DNA of 64,000 nt from the NCBI GenBank assembly GCA_964012805.1, contig CAXGUD010000005.1:64001-128000 (forward strand), written 5' to 3'. The DNA comes from an uncultured Bacteriovoracaceae bacterium (GTDB lineage Bacteria; Bdellovibrionota; Bacteriovoracia; Bacteriovoracales; Bacteriovoracaceae). Shown piece after piece: positions 37,753 to 47,112 of the stretch. Numbering within the stretch: position 1 is the first letter of the stretch; each line of letters opens with the position of its first letter. The notes beneath the pieces were generated by a model. The model had not been told where the DNA came from. It ran no database searches and worked only from the letters and a program-made list of their open reading frames with translations. Position numbers and translations under genes: made by a program.

Positions 37753-37845
37753 TAAAAGTTTTTTGACAGGAAGATTTAGTCGCTTTATGTTTAGACCTCG
37801 AATATTTTATTTTTGAAATATAAAATTGGCTTCAGATTTTAAAAA

Positions 37846-38511
37846 ATGGAAAATCAAAATACTAACAATACAGATCAAAATAATAGTTCGGCTCCTAATG
37901 GGTTTGATCTTAAAGGGTTTGAAGACTTTTTCAACTCTATCGGCTTCAAGAGAGTGGATGGATCCGTGTTCGGCTTACTCGTTCTTTCTCAGATAGCATT
38001 GACTAGCGAAGACATTGAAAAATCACTAGGGCTGTCTCAAAGCGCAACGAGTATATCTCTCAAAAAACTCCATCACTTTGGGGCCATCGAAACGAGGGAT
38101 AGTAGGGAAAAGAGAGTAAAACTACACGAAGCAAAAGAAGACTGTCTCGAAATTGTCACAACTTTATTCAAAAAAAGAGAGCAGGAAAATATTAGACAAT
38201 TTAAAGCCTTTGCAGAAAGCCTCTTAAGTAAAAACCCAGAGTTTGCCATAAGCCCTAAGGACCCCAGGTATAAGAAAATTAAATCGATTATTTTAACATG
38301 TGATATTGCCGAATCTGTTATTAAGTTTGTCATTAACTTATCAAACCTTCAGATACCAAAGGATTATCCTTCTATTGTTAAAAAACTTCCCCTGGCCTTA
38401 GATATTATATCGCAAAGTGCACAACCTCTCGTAAGCTTTACGACTCAAATAAAAACAAACTGGGCCGATAGAGTCAAAAATGGCTTATCACGATTTTCAG
38501 GAGACCAATAA
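37846..38511 (+). CDS. GbsR/MarR-type winged-helix transcriptional regulator
   Basis: IGFKRVDGSVFGLLVLS...LTSEDIEKSLGLSQSATSISLKKL...GAI; its stop abuts the fabF-like ATG. Confidence 0.75.
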   Translation: MENQNTNNTDQNNSSAPNGFDLKGFEDFFNSIGFKRVDGSVFGLLVLSQIALTSEDIEKSLGLSQSATSISLKKLHHFGAIETRDSREKRVKLHEAKEDCLEIVTTLFKKREQENIRQFKAFAESLLSKNPEFAISPKDPRYKKIKSIILTCDIAESVIKFVINLSNLQIPKDYPSIVKKLPLALDIISQSAQPLVSFTTQIKTNWADRVKNGLSRFSGDQ

Positions 38512-39756
38512 ATGCCTTCACAATTTTCACGCATCGTCATTACAGGTGTCGGATTAGCTGCACCAAACGGAAACAACCTTTCAGAGTTCCGCCAGGCCCT
38601 CCTTCAAAATAAATCTGGAATTAAGCATAAAGAAATCCGCCATATGGGTAAAGTAGCAGCGGGGGAATGTGATTTTGATGAAACAAAGCACCAATCAAGA
38701 AAAGCTCGCCGTCGAGGTACCAGGGCGGGAGCAACCTCCATTTACTGTGCAAATGAATCACTTTTAGATTCAAATATTGAACTTTCAATGGTCGATAAAT
38801 CGAAAATAGGCATTTATCTAGGAATTACTGAGCATGGAAATGTTGAAACGGAAAATGAAGTTCACCTCCTTTACCAAAATGACCTAAATACAAGCTTCTG
38901 GTCACACCACCATAATCCTAGAACAGTCTCTAATAACCCAGCAGGAGAGGTCTCTCTTAATTTGAAAGTTACAGGACCAGCCTATACTATTGGTGCTGCG
39001 TGTGCGGCTGGCAATATGGGGCTTATCCACGCTTGCCAAATGCTAAGGCTTCATGAAGTTGATATTGCGTTAGCTGGAGGCGTTTCTGAGAGTACAGAAA
39101 CATTTGGAATTTTTGCAGCTTTTGGAGCGCAAGGGGCGCTTGGGGAACACTCAAACCCCGAACTAGCAACAAGACCTCTAGATATAGACAGAAGTGGTAT
39201 CGTTGTTTCAGAGGGAGGCGCCATTTTTACCCTTGAAAGACTAGAGGATGCATTAAAAAGAGGGGCTAAAATTTACGGAGAAATCATTGGCTATCATGTT
39301 AACTCTGATGCCTCTGACTTTGTTCTACCTAATAGTGAAAGACAAAAACAATGCATAAGCGCAGCTCTTAAAAGAGCTCATCTGGAAGCAGATGACATTG
39401 ATATTGTAAACCTTCACGCAACTGGAACTGTTCAAGGCGACATCCAAGAGTGTCAAGCCGTCCGTGAAACATTTAATTTAAACCCTGGGTCAAATACACA
39501 TATAAATTTTACTAAAGGTCTTATTGGTCATGCCATGGGAGCTGCGGGAGCCCTTGAGCTAGCAGGAAATTTACCAAGTTTTGAAGATAATTTTGTCCAT
39601 CCAACAGGCTATCTTAACCAAATCGATGAAAAGTGTGCCCTTAAGAATCTTGTTGGAAAAACAAAAGTTCAAAAAAAAGTAAATACAATTTTGAATAACT
39701 CTTTTGGAATGCTAGGTATAAACTCAAGCCTTATTGTCCAAAAATATAGAGGTTAA
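38512..39756 (+). CDS. Beta-ketoacyl-ACP synthase (FabF/FabB-like), cluster-specific
   Basis: RIVITGVG and the Cys-His-His triad motifs AACAAG, LHATGT and KGLIGHAMGAAG, plus NNSFG. Confidence 0.92.
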   Translation: MPSQFSRIVITGVGLAAPNGNNLSEFRQALLQNKSGIKHKEIRHMGKVAAGECDFDETKHQSRKARRRGTRAGATSIYCANESLLDSNIELSMVDKSKIGIYLGITEHGNVETENEVHLLYQNDLNTSFWSHHHNPRTVSNNPAGEVSLNLKVTGPAYTIGAACAAGNMGLIHACQMLRLHEVDIALAGGVSESTETFGIFAAFGAQGALGEHSNPELATRPLDIDRSGIVVSEGGAIFTLERLEDALKRGAKIYGEIIGYHVNSDASDFVLPNSERQKQCISAALKRAHLEADDIDIVNLHATGTVQGDIQECQAVRETFNLNPGSNTHINFTKGLIGHAMGAAGALELAGNLPSFEDNFVHPTGYLNQIDEKCALKNLVGKTKVQKKVNTILNNSFGMLGINSSLIVQKYRG

Positions 39757-39855
39757 AACACGGCCATAAATTTTTATTTTAAATATAGAATTTACAAAAT
39801 ATTAAATTTAAAATCATTACAGTTTTTGAATTGAAATGCTTTAGAAGGAGTCAAA

Positions 39856-40101
39856 ATGGAAAATGCACAAGTTAGAGAAGCAGTTATGAATATTATAGCA
39901 GACATCGCACTAGATGAAGATGTTACTCAAATCAAGGACGACCTTGCTCTTAGAGACCAACTCGATTTAGATTCGATGGATTTTTTAGATATTGTTATGG
40001 AGCTAAAAAAACGCCACAAGATTGAAGTTCCTCAAGAAGACTACCCGAAACTCGCCACGATGGAATCATGTGTTAATTACCTAGGTCCAAAGTTTCATTA
40101 A
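39856..40101 (+). CDS. Acyl carrier protein
   Basis: Acidic 81-aa protein with the LDLDSMDFLDIV phosphopantetheine site; RBS AAGGAG. Confidence 0.93.
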   Translation: MENAQVREAVMNIIADIALDEDVTQIKDDLALRDQLDLDSMDFLDIVMELKKRHKIEVPQEDYPKLATMESCVNYLGPKFH

Positions 40102-40146
40102 TTAGAGCTTCCCTTACTTCAGAAGGACACAATAAAGGCTAACTTC

Positions 40147-41550
40147 ATGCAAGAAAAGTATGATGTCATTGTAATAGGCGCAGGCCTCTCAGGTTTAGCA
40201 GCTGGAATAAGACTGGCAATGTTTGGAAAAAAAGTATGCATTCTAGAGAAGCATTCAATTCCAGGGGGCTTAAACTCTTTTTACCAAAGAAAAGGAGTTC
40301 AATTTGATGTGGGTCTCCATGCACTCACAAACTTTGCTAAAAGAGGTGAAAAGGGTTTGCCTCTTACGAAGATCCTTAAACAGTTAAGAATTTCTTATGA
40401 TGAGCTTGACCTGAAAGAACAGTTTTTTTCCCAAATTGCTTTTCCAGATCTCAGCCTGTCCTTTACTAACGAGCTCGAGTTTCTTGTTGAAGAAATAAAT
40501 AAAAATTTTCCTGAGGAATCAGACTCCTTTTTAAAACTAGTCGAAAAGGTAAAACAATTTAATGCTTTTAGTCTAGACCAAGATTTTGTTTCCACAAGAG
40601 AAATCCTTCCCCAATACATCAAAGATCCTCTATTACAGGAAATGATTTTAGCTCCAACTCTTGCCTACGGAAGTGCCTGGGAAAACGATGTCGACTTTTC
40701 TCAATTTGTTATTCTATTTAGAAGTATCTTCTTAGAAGGCCTTTCAAAGCCTATGGGCGGTATAAGAAAAGTTCTTGGTCTTTTAGAAAAAAGATTTAAT
40801 GAAAATGGAGGAATTCTAAAATATAAGTCCCCAGTAAAAAATATTATACAGAATACCAAAGGTGTCGAAGGAGTTATTCTTAAAAATGGGACCATACTCA
40901 AATCTGATACGATCATTTCTTCGGCAGGTTTCCCAGAAACGATGGATATGGTTGAAGAAGAACTCCCTCCCAAAATAAGTCCAGAGGTTGGAAGCTTCAG
41001 TTTTACAGAAAGCATTGCTGTTTTAAATAAAAAGCCCAAAGAGCTAGGACAAAAAGCCGCTACCATTTTTTATTCATCTCTTCCCAAATATAAATATGAA
41101 AATCCAAAAACTCATTATGGAACGGAAACTGCAATTTTAAGCTTTCCAAATAACTTTGAAGAAGATCCAATGGAAGAAGGTATGGCAAGGGTTACTTTTT
41201 TGGCCAACTACAACCTTTGGAAACAACTTGATCGTGCGTCTTACAAAGATAAAAAAGAAGAAGTTTTTGAATCATCACTCAGACTTTTTGAAGAATTTTG
41301 CCCTAAAATTAAGGACCACCTCATACTTAAAGATGTTTTTACACCAACAACGATAGAAAAATTTACAAATCATAAGAAAGGAACAATCTATGGGAGTCCT
41401 CAAAAACAAAAGAGAGGGACGACACCTATAAAAGGGCTTATTCTTTGTGGTACTGACCAAGGCTTTCTTGGAATTATTGGCTCTCTTCTCAGTGGAATTT
41501 CAATGGCCAACCTTCACGGTTTCTCCCCAACCCAAGGAGCAACCTCTTGA
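40147..41550 (+). CDS. Phytoene-desaturase-like (CrtI/COG1233) FAD oxidoreductase
   Basis: IGAGLSGLAAG, LEKH..PGG, FDVGLH, FTPTTIEKFT....GTIYG and GTDQGFLGIIG. Confidence 0.85.
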   Translation: MQEKYDVIVIGAGLSGLAAGIRLAMFGKKVCILEKHSIPGGLNSFYQRKGVQFDVGLHALTNFAKRGEKGLPLTKILKQLRISYDELDLKEQFFSQIAFPDLSLSFTNELEFLVEEINKNFPEESDSFLKLVEKVKQFNAFSLDQDFVSTREILPQYIKDPLLQEMILAPTLAYGSAWENDVDFSQFVILFRSIFLEGLSKPMGGIRKVLGLLEKRFNENGGILKYKSPVKNIIQNTKGVEGVILKNGTILKSDTIISSAGFPETMDMVEEELPPKISPEVGSFSFTESIAVLNKKPKELGQKAATIFYSSLPKYKYENPKTHYGTETAILSFPNNFEEDPMEEGMARVTFLANYNLWKQLDRASYKDKKEEVFESSLRLFEEFCPKIKDHLILKDVFTPTTIEKFTNHKKGTIYGSPQKQKRGTTPIKGLILCGTDQGFLGIIGSLLSGISMANLHGFSPTQGATS

Positions 41551-42578
41551 AGTTTTCCAAAGTCCGCCTAGCATCCATAGGACACTTTCTTCCTAATAAA
41601 GTAATGACTTCTGAAGAACTCGAAATGAGATGTGATAAACTCTATCAACGTTTAAACCTTCCGCACGGAAGGTTAGAATTAATGACGGGTATAAAAGAAA
41701 GACGCTACTGGGATGTAGGCACAAAGCCTAGTTTTATTGCAACAGAAGCGGCAAAAGACGCTCTTTTTAAAACTCATATAGAAAGTCATGAAGTAGACTT
41801 TTTAATTCATGCCTCTGTATGTAGAGACTTTCTTGAGCCTGCAACCTCTTCAGTAGTCCACCAAAACTTGGGACTAAAAAGTCGATGTGGAATTTTTGAT
41901 CTTTCAAATGCTTGTCTCGGTGTTCAAAGTGCCATGGTGACTGTAGCTTCCATGATTGAACAAGGACAAATAAGATCTGGACTTATTGTTAGTGGAGAAA
42001 ACAGTGGTCCTCTTATTTTTGAAACTATCCGCTTTTTAAATTCAAATCCAAACCTAAATAGAAAAAATGTAAAAGAATATATAGCGAATCTAACTATTGG
42101 ATCTGCGGGAGTTGCAGTCCTTCTTAGCGATGAAGGCATTTGCCCTGAAGGACCTCGCATTCTTGGCGGTGTTACAATGACACACTCTAATGCTAACCAC
42201 CTTTGTCAAGGCGAAGGTGATATTCATTCCCTTATGATGAAAACAGACTCAGAGGAACTCCTGAAAGCAGGAATTCAATTAGCCCAGGAAACTTGGGAAG
42301 AAACAAAAAAAGAACTTAATTGGAGCAACGATATGATTGACTGGGTAATTGGTCATCAGGTTGGCCAAGCCCATGAAGAAGGAATTTTAAAAGGGTTAGG
42401 CTTATTCGAAAAAAAGACGTTTAAAACTTACGAGAACTTTGGAAATACAGGCTCTGCTGCTCTACCTTTAACTCTATCACTTCTAAAAGACTCAAAAAAA
42501 GTAAAACCAAATGATAAAATGACCCTTTTAGGGATTGGAAGTGGGCTAAGTTGCCTTATGTTGGGGGTCCAATGGTAG
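41547..42578 (+). CDS. oleA: OleA acyl-CoA condensing enzyme (thiolase/FabH-like)
   Basis: SVCRDFLEP (OleA catalytic Glu motif), NACL (Cys), HQVG (His), GNTG and LLGIGSGL; context with oleB, oleC and oleD. Confidence 0.9.
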   Translation: MKFSKVRLASIGHFLPNKVMTSEELEMRCDKLYQRLNLPHGRLELMTGIKERRYWDVGTKPSFIATEAAKDALFKTHIESHEVDFLIHASVCRDFLEPATSSVVHQNLGLKSRCGIFDLSNACLGVQSAMVTVASMIEQGQIRSGLIVSGENSGPLIFETIRFLNSNPNLNRKNVKEYIANLTIGSAGVAVLLSDEGICPEGPRILGGVTMTHSNANHLCQGEGDIHSLMMKTDSEELLKAGIQLAQETWEETKKELNWSNDMIDWVIGHQVGQAHEEGILKGLGLFEKKTFKTYENFGNTGSAALPLTLSLLKDSKKVKPNDKMTLLGIGSGLSCLMLGVQW

Positions 42579-43501
42579 AAAAGTCACATTGTAATGACAT
42601 TGTCATTCCGGAAAGTCTTCGAAAAGAGTATCCATTTAGATCACACTTTCACTCTATAAAAATTAAAGGTCAGGACCTTCTCCAAATGCACTTTGTTGAT
42701 GAGGGGCCAAAAAAGACTGACCCTATTTTAATGATCCATGGAAATCCTACTTGGTCTTTTACTTACAGGAACCTCATAAAAAGCCTAAAGGAATCAAACC
42801 GTACAATTGCAGTTGATCATATTGGCTGTGGGCTTTCGGATAAGCCTCAAAACTACTCCTATCAATTACAAAACCATATTGAAAATCTTGAAAGCTTGGT
42901 AAACACCCTTAAACTTACCAATATAACTCTTATTGTCCATGACTGGGGTGGAGCTATAGGCTTCGGACTTGCAACTAAAAATCCTCATCTTATCAAACGG
43001 GTTGTTATCCTTAATACTGCAGCTTTTGAAAGTAACCAAATTCCTCGAAGGATAAATTTTTGCAGGTTGCCTTTCATAGGTGAGAAACTAGTACGTCATT
43101 TTAATGCTTTTGCATGGCCCGCTACTTTTATGGGTGTTACTCATAAACTACCAAAAGTTGTAAAACAAGGGTACCTCCTTCCCTATAACAATTATAAAAA
43201 TAGAATTGCAACATCACGCTTTGTTCAAGATATTCCATTAGAGAAAAACCATCCTACTTTTAAAACTATCAAAAATATTGAAAAAAACCTTTTTCGAATA
43301 ACATGCCCAAAATTAATATTATGGGGAGGAAAAGACTTTTGTTTTAACAACCATTTTTACGATCGATGGAAAGAAATTTACCCTACAGCAAAGACTCATT
43401 ATTTTAAAAAAGCTGGTCACTTTGTTATAGAAGATGAAAAAGAAGAGGTTCTCTGCCAAATAAAAGCGTTCCTAAATAGTAACAGGCCAAATAGTTTTTA
43501 A
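42572..43501 (+). CDS. oleB: OleB beta-lactone decarboxylase (haloalkane-dehalogenase-like alpha/beta hydrolase)
   Basis: HFVDEG, HGNPTWS, DHIGCGLSDKP, HDWGG and AGHFVIED; ATG 42572 overlaps the oleA end. Confidence 0.88.
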   Translation: MVEKSHCNDIVIPESLRKEYPFRSHFHSIKIKGQDLLQMHFVDEGPKKTDPILMIHGNPTWSFTYRNLIKSLKESNRTIAVDHIGCGLSDKPQNYSYQLQNHIENLESLVNTLKLTNITLIVHDWGGAIGFGLATKNPHLIKRVVILNTAAFESNQIPRRINFCRLPFIGEKLVRHFNAFAWPATFMGVTHKLPKVVKQGYLLPYNNYKNRIATSRFVQDIPLEKNHPTFKTIKNIEKNLFRITCPKLILWGGKDFCFNNHFYDRWKEIYPTAKTHYFKKAGHFVIEDEKEEVLCQIKAFLNSNRPNSF

Positions 43502-43564
43502 CCAATCCTCTGGATGACACAAAAAAATTATTATCAATAATTTAATAAAAGGACCTATAGATCT

Positions 43565-45256
43565 ATGAATATTGCTTTTAAACTTAGAGAGCAAGCTGAA
43601 CTAAGACCAAGCAAAAAAGCCGTTCTCTTCCCTAAAAAAAGAAACTCATCCAATAAAAAATACGAATATGAGTCCCTCACCTTTAAGGAACTTGAAGACC
43701 TGTCCAATTTATACGGCTTCATACTCCAAAAAGAGGGCATTACCAAAAACACTAAAGTTCTTCTTTTCTTAAGACCCTCTTTGGACTTTACAGCACTTAC
43801 TTTTGCTCTTTTTAAGATTGGTGCTACTCCGATATTAATAGACCCCGGTATGGGAAAAAAGAACCTCATTCACTCCATATCTAAAGTAAAACCTCATGCA
43901 TTAATCGCGGTTCAAGAAGTTCACTTTATTAAGCAATTTTTTCCTGACTCTTTTAAAAGTTGTCAAATATTTATTAGTTCAGGAAACTTACAACTTCCCC
44001 AAACAAAAACCCTCAAAAAGCTAAAAGAAAGATGGGTTGATGACTTTCTTAAAGAACCCTTTTTTAAAATTGAAGACAGACACCCAGAAGACAGGGCCGC
44101 TATTTTATTTACTTCTGGAGGAACTGGTATTCCTAAAGGAGTTGTATATACATACAGAATTTTTTCATCACAACTCAAAATGCTCCAAGGCATGTTTAAC
44201 CTCAATCATAAAGAAGTCGATATACCTGGATTTCCATTATTTTCTCTTTTTACTATTGGGATTGGAATGACAAGCTGTATTCCTGACATGAATCCATCAA
44301 AGCCTTCCCAGTGTGACCCTGAAAAACTAGTTCAAAATATTCAAGACAACCAAGCCACTTTTGTTGCTGGTTCACCTGCCATATGGGAGCGAGTTGCTGA
44401 TTACTGCCTGGTCCATAAAAAAACTCTTCCTTCCATAAAGTTTTTAGTGATGTTTGGAGCCCCTGTTTCCATCGACCTTCATGAAAAATTTGAAAAAACG
44501 CTACTTAACGGAACAACTTACACGCCCTACGGAGCAACAGAGTCGCTTCCTCTATGTCAATTCTCAGGAAAGGAAATTCTAAAAGAGACTGCTTCCCTTT
44601 CAAGAAAAGGAAATGGAACTTGCGTGGGGTTGCCGGTTAAAGGTGTCGACTTAAAAATAATACCTATTACAGAAAAAGAAATACCTTCCCTTGATCAAAC
44701 AACTATATTGCCCCCTTTCAAAATTGGAGAAGTCATCGTATCTGGTGATATTGTAACTGCTGAATACTATCAAATGGAAGAGCAAACAAAAAAAGCCAAA
44801 ATTATGGATGAAAAGGGAAAGCTCTGGCACAGAATGGGAGATGTTGGCTACTTAGATCAAGATGGAAAACTATGGTTTTGCGGAAGAAAAACTCACAGAG
44901 TCCATGTCGATACTACTCAAAATGATGGACAACAGAAAAAAGAACTTTATTCTATTCCTTGCGAGGCCGTCTTTAACGAGCACCCAGAAGTTAAAAGAAC
45001 CGCCCTAATTCAGACAAGTGAAAAGGGTCTAAATACAGCGTCAATTGTTATTGAAAGAAGAGATAAAAAAAGCTTAAGAGGTAAAGAGAAGCATCGCTTT
45101 GAAAAAGAAATTCTCCTTATAGCAAAAAATTTTGAACATACTTCTTCAATTAAGAAAGTTTATTACCATAATAACTTTCCTGTAGACGTCAGACACAATA
45201 TCAAAATAGACCGCATTAAACTTCGAGAAGTTTCCTCAAAAAAGGCTTTTATATGA
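43565..45256 (+). CDS. oleC: OleC beta-lactone synthetase (AMP-dependent ligase)
   Basis: IDPGMG, FTSGGTGIPKG, TPYGATE, WHRMGD, WFCGRK.HRV and C-terminal FPVDVRHNIKIDR. Confidence 0.88.
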   Translation: MNIAFKLREQAELRPSKKAVLFPKKRNSSNKKYEYESLTFKELEDLSNLYGFILQKEGITKNTKVLLFLRPSLDFTALTFALFKIGATPILIDPGMGKKNLIHSISKVKPHALIAVQEVHFIKQFFPDSFKSCQIFISSGNLQLPQTKTLKKLKERWVDDFLKEPFFKIEDRHPEDRAAILFTSGGTGIPKGVVYTYRIFSSQLKMLQGMFNLNHKEVDIPGFPLFSLFTIGIGMTSCIPDMNPSKPSQCDPEKLVQNIQDNQATFVAGSPAIWERVADYCLVHKKTLPSIKFLVMFGAPVSIDLHEKFEKTLLNGTTYTPYGATESLPLCQFSGKEILKETASLSRKGNGTCVGLPVKGVDLKIIPITEKEIPSLDQTTILPPFKIGEVIVSGDIVTAEYYQMEEQTKKAKIMDEKGKLWHRMGDVGYLDQDGKLWFCGRKTHRVHVDTTQNDGQQKKELYSIPCEAVFNEHPEVKRTALIQTSEKGLNTASIVIERRDKKSLRGKEKHRFEKEILLIAKNFEHTSSIKKVYYHNNFPVDVRHNIKIDRIKLREVSSKKAFI

Positions 45257-46239
45257 ATATTCTCGTTACTGGTGGGGGGGGCTTTCTTGGAAAGTCTATC
45301 ATCAATTTACTTATTGATAAAAAATATAAAGTTACGAATTTTTCTAGATCTCGTTATCAAGAACTTGAAAAAAAAGGAGTCATATGCCTCCAAGGGGATA
45401 TAAAAAACTCCCAGGATGTATTAAAGGCTTTTGAGGGACAAGATGCTGTTATTCACGTGGCTTCTAAAGTTGGCATGTGGGGTAAATGGAGTGACTTTTA
45501 CGATACAAACGTAACTGGGACAGAAAACGTCATTAATGCATGTTTAAAGCATCAAATCAAGAAGCTTGTTTACACAAGTTCGCCTAGCGTAGTATTTGGG
45601 AAAGATAATCTACAAAATGCAGATGAATCGACTCCCTATCCAGACAAATACTTTGGGCTTTATGCTCACTCCAAAGCCATCGCAGAAAAAAAAGTTTTGG
45701 AGTCAAACAACTCTCCAAAACTTTTAACAACCTCCCTAAGACCTCACCTTATTTTTGGTGAAAAAGACCCTAACTTAATCCCAAGGCTTGTAAAAGCTGC
45801 AAGGGAGGGAAAGTTGAAGCAAGTAGGCTCTGGACAAAACCTAGTTGACGTTATCTACGTCGAAAATGCTGCTTATGCTCATATATTGGCCCTTGAGAAG
45901 CTTTCTACTTCTTCACCTATTTGCGGCAAAGCTTACTTTCTTGGCCAAGAGGCCCCTGTAAACCTATGGCAATTTATTAACAAAATCCTTAATATTCATG
46001 GCCTCCCGCCAATAAAAAAAACAATTTCTTTTAAAAAAGCCTACTTCCTTGGTGCTTTTATTGAAAAAACACTAGGCTTACTGAGGAAATACTCTGTTGA
46101 CCCACCGATGACAAGATTTGTAGCACTTCAACTAGGTAAGTCTCATTACTTTTCTCACAAGAATGCCTTTATGGAGTTGGGTTACAAGCCCCTACTTTCA
46201 ACAGACAAGGCCCTTGAACGCCTGAGTACAACTCAATAA
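45253..46239 (+). CDS. oleD: OleD 2-alkyl-3-oxoalkanoate reductase (3-beta-HSD-like SDR)
   Basis: TGGGGFLG, HVASK.G.WG, YTSSPSV, YAHSK and RPHLIFG; ATGA overlap with oleC. Confidence 0.88.
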   Translation: MNILVTGGGGFLGKSIINLLIDKKYKVTNFSRSRYQELEKKGVICLQGDIKNSQDVLKAFEGQDAVIHVASKVGMWGKWSDFYDTNVTGTENVINACLKHQIKKLVYTSSPSVVFGKDNLQNADESTPYPDKYFGLYAHSKAIAEKKVLESNNSPKLLTTSLRPHLIFGEKDPNLIPRLVKAAREGKLKQVGSGQNLVDVIYVENAAYAHILALEKLSTSSPICGKAYFLGQEAPVNLWQFINKILNIHGLPPIKKTISFKKAYFLGAFIEKTLGLLRKYSVDPPMTRFVALQLGKSHYFSHKNAFMELGYKPLLSTDKALERLSTTQ

Positions 46240-46271
46240 TTCAAAGGTTAAAGTTTTTTTTAAGGACTAAT

Positions 46272-46403
46272 TTATTGTGGATTATCATTAGATATAAAAA
46301 GCTTTTTATAGAGCCTTTCAACTTCTTCCCAGTCATGTTCTATAGTGGCCCTTGCGATCGCTTCCAAAATTTCGTCTTTTGAAATTTCTTCATGCCCTAC
46401 CAT
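46272..46403 (-). CDS. Small protein, 43 aa (not in the ORF track)
   Basis: GGAGGAATAG-ATG; MVGHEEISKDEILEAIARATIEHDWEEVERLYKKLFISNDNPQ*; amphipathic helical pattern. Confidence 0.6.
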   Translation of the reverse strand: MVGHEEISKDEILEAIARATIEHDWEEVERLYKKLFISNDNPQ

Positions 46404-46526
46404 CTATTCCTCCAAATACCTACTTAATTGTCACTTAGAGAAGGTATTATTTGAAAAGTCAGATCTTAAATTTTGCAATTCTTATATGATATTAATCAAC
46501 TTCTATTTATATAAATGTAAAAGCTC

Positions 46527-46913
46527 TTAGACCATTTCTTTCATTTCAAGAACATCTTTCACATCAGATACAAGCTCTTTCACACTGAAAGGCTTGGAAT
46601 ACATTTTTTCTACTCCCAACCGAACTGTTTCTCCATCTTGAAGTCTATAAAAACCTGACATGAAAAAAAATAGTGGGGCATTATCTCCCATTTTCTCTAT
46701 ATGATCCAAAATTTCAAAGCCGCTTCCCCCTTCCATCTTGTAATCAGAAATAACGGCATTATATTTTGCAGACTCTATTTTCTTTATGGCGTCAGCACTT
46801 GATTTCGCTACTTCAGCTTCCATCCCACCTTCACGAAACTCGTCACTCACTATGTCTAAAATTTCCGGCTCATCATCTACAATCAAGACTTTAAATTTTT
46901 TATCCGTTACCAT
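46527..46913 (-). CDS. Stand-alone response regulator receiver
   Basis: LIVDDE, phosphoacceptor VISDYKM, FMSG and SKPF. Confidence 0.9.
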   Translation of the reverse strand: MVTDKKFKVLIVDDEPEILDIVSDEFREGGMEAEVAKSSADAIKKIESAKYNAVISDYKMEGGSGFEILDHIEKMGDNAPLFFFMSGFYRLQDGETVRLGVEKMYSKPFSVKELVSDVKDVLEMKEMV

Positions 46914-47112
46914 CAGACTTCTCCCCCTCAGAACTCAAGAAAGAACAAAATTTCATCTTCTATTATAAAGAATAAACAATTAATTGCACTTTTTTTCTCT
47001 ATGTCAAAAGTTTTCTTGATTAGAATGCTGCGTGTAATTTTTGAAATGTGTCCCCTATTGTGGTACCTCTTAAACTCTAAATTTAAATAGTACTATTTTT
47101 TAGGGAAGTTGA

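Noticed and set aside
40147..41550. Carotenoid cluster (crtI)
   Set aside because: No phytoene synthase or GGPP synthase is nearby; the gene sits between ACP and oleA.
42572..43501. Haloalkane dehalogenase
   Set aside because: It shares the fold, but its position between oleA and oleC indicates OleB.
45274..45281. G8 tract in oleD (also T10 at 63870-63879) as a phase-variation site
   Set aside because: The tracts are short, in frame, and explained by Gly-Gly-Gly and Phe-Phe-Phe codons; there is no read evidence.
46345..46530. 61-aa + strand ORF in the track
   Set aside because: No RBS or motif, and it overlaps the better-supported minus-strand 43-aa ORF.
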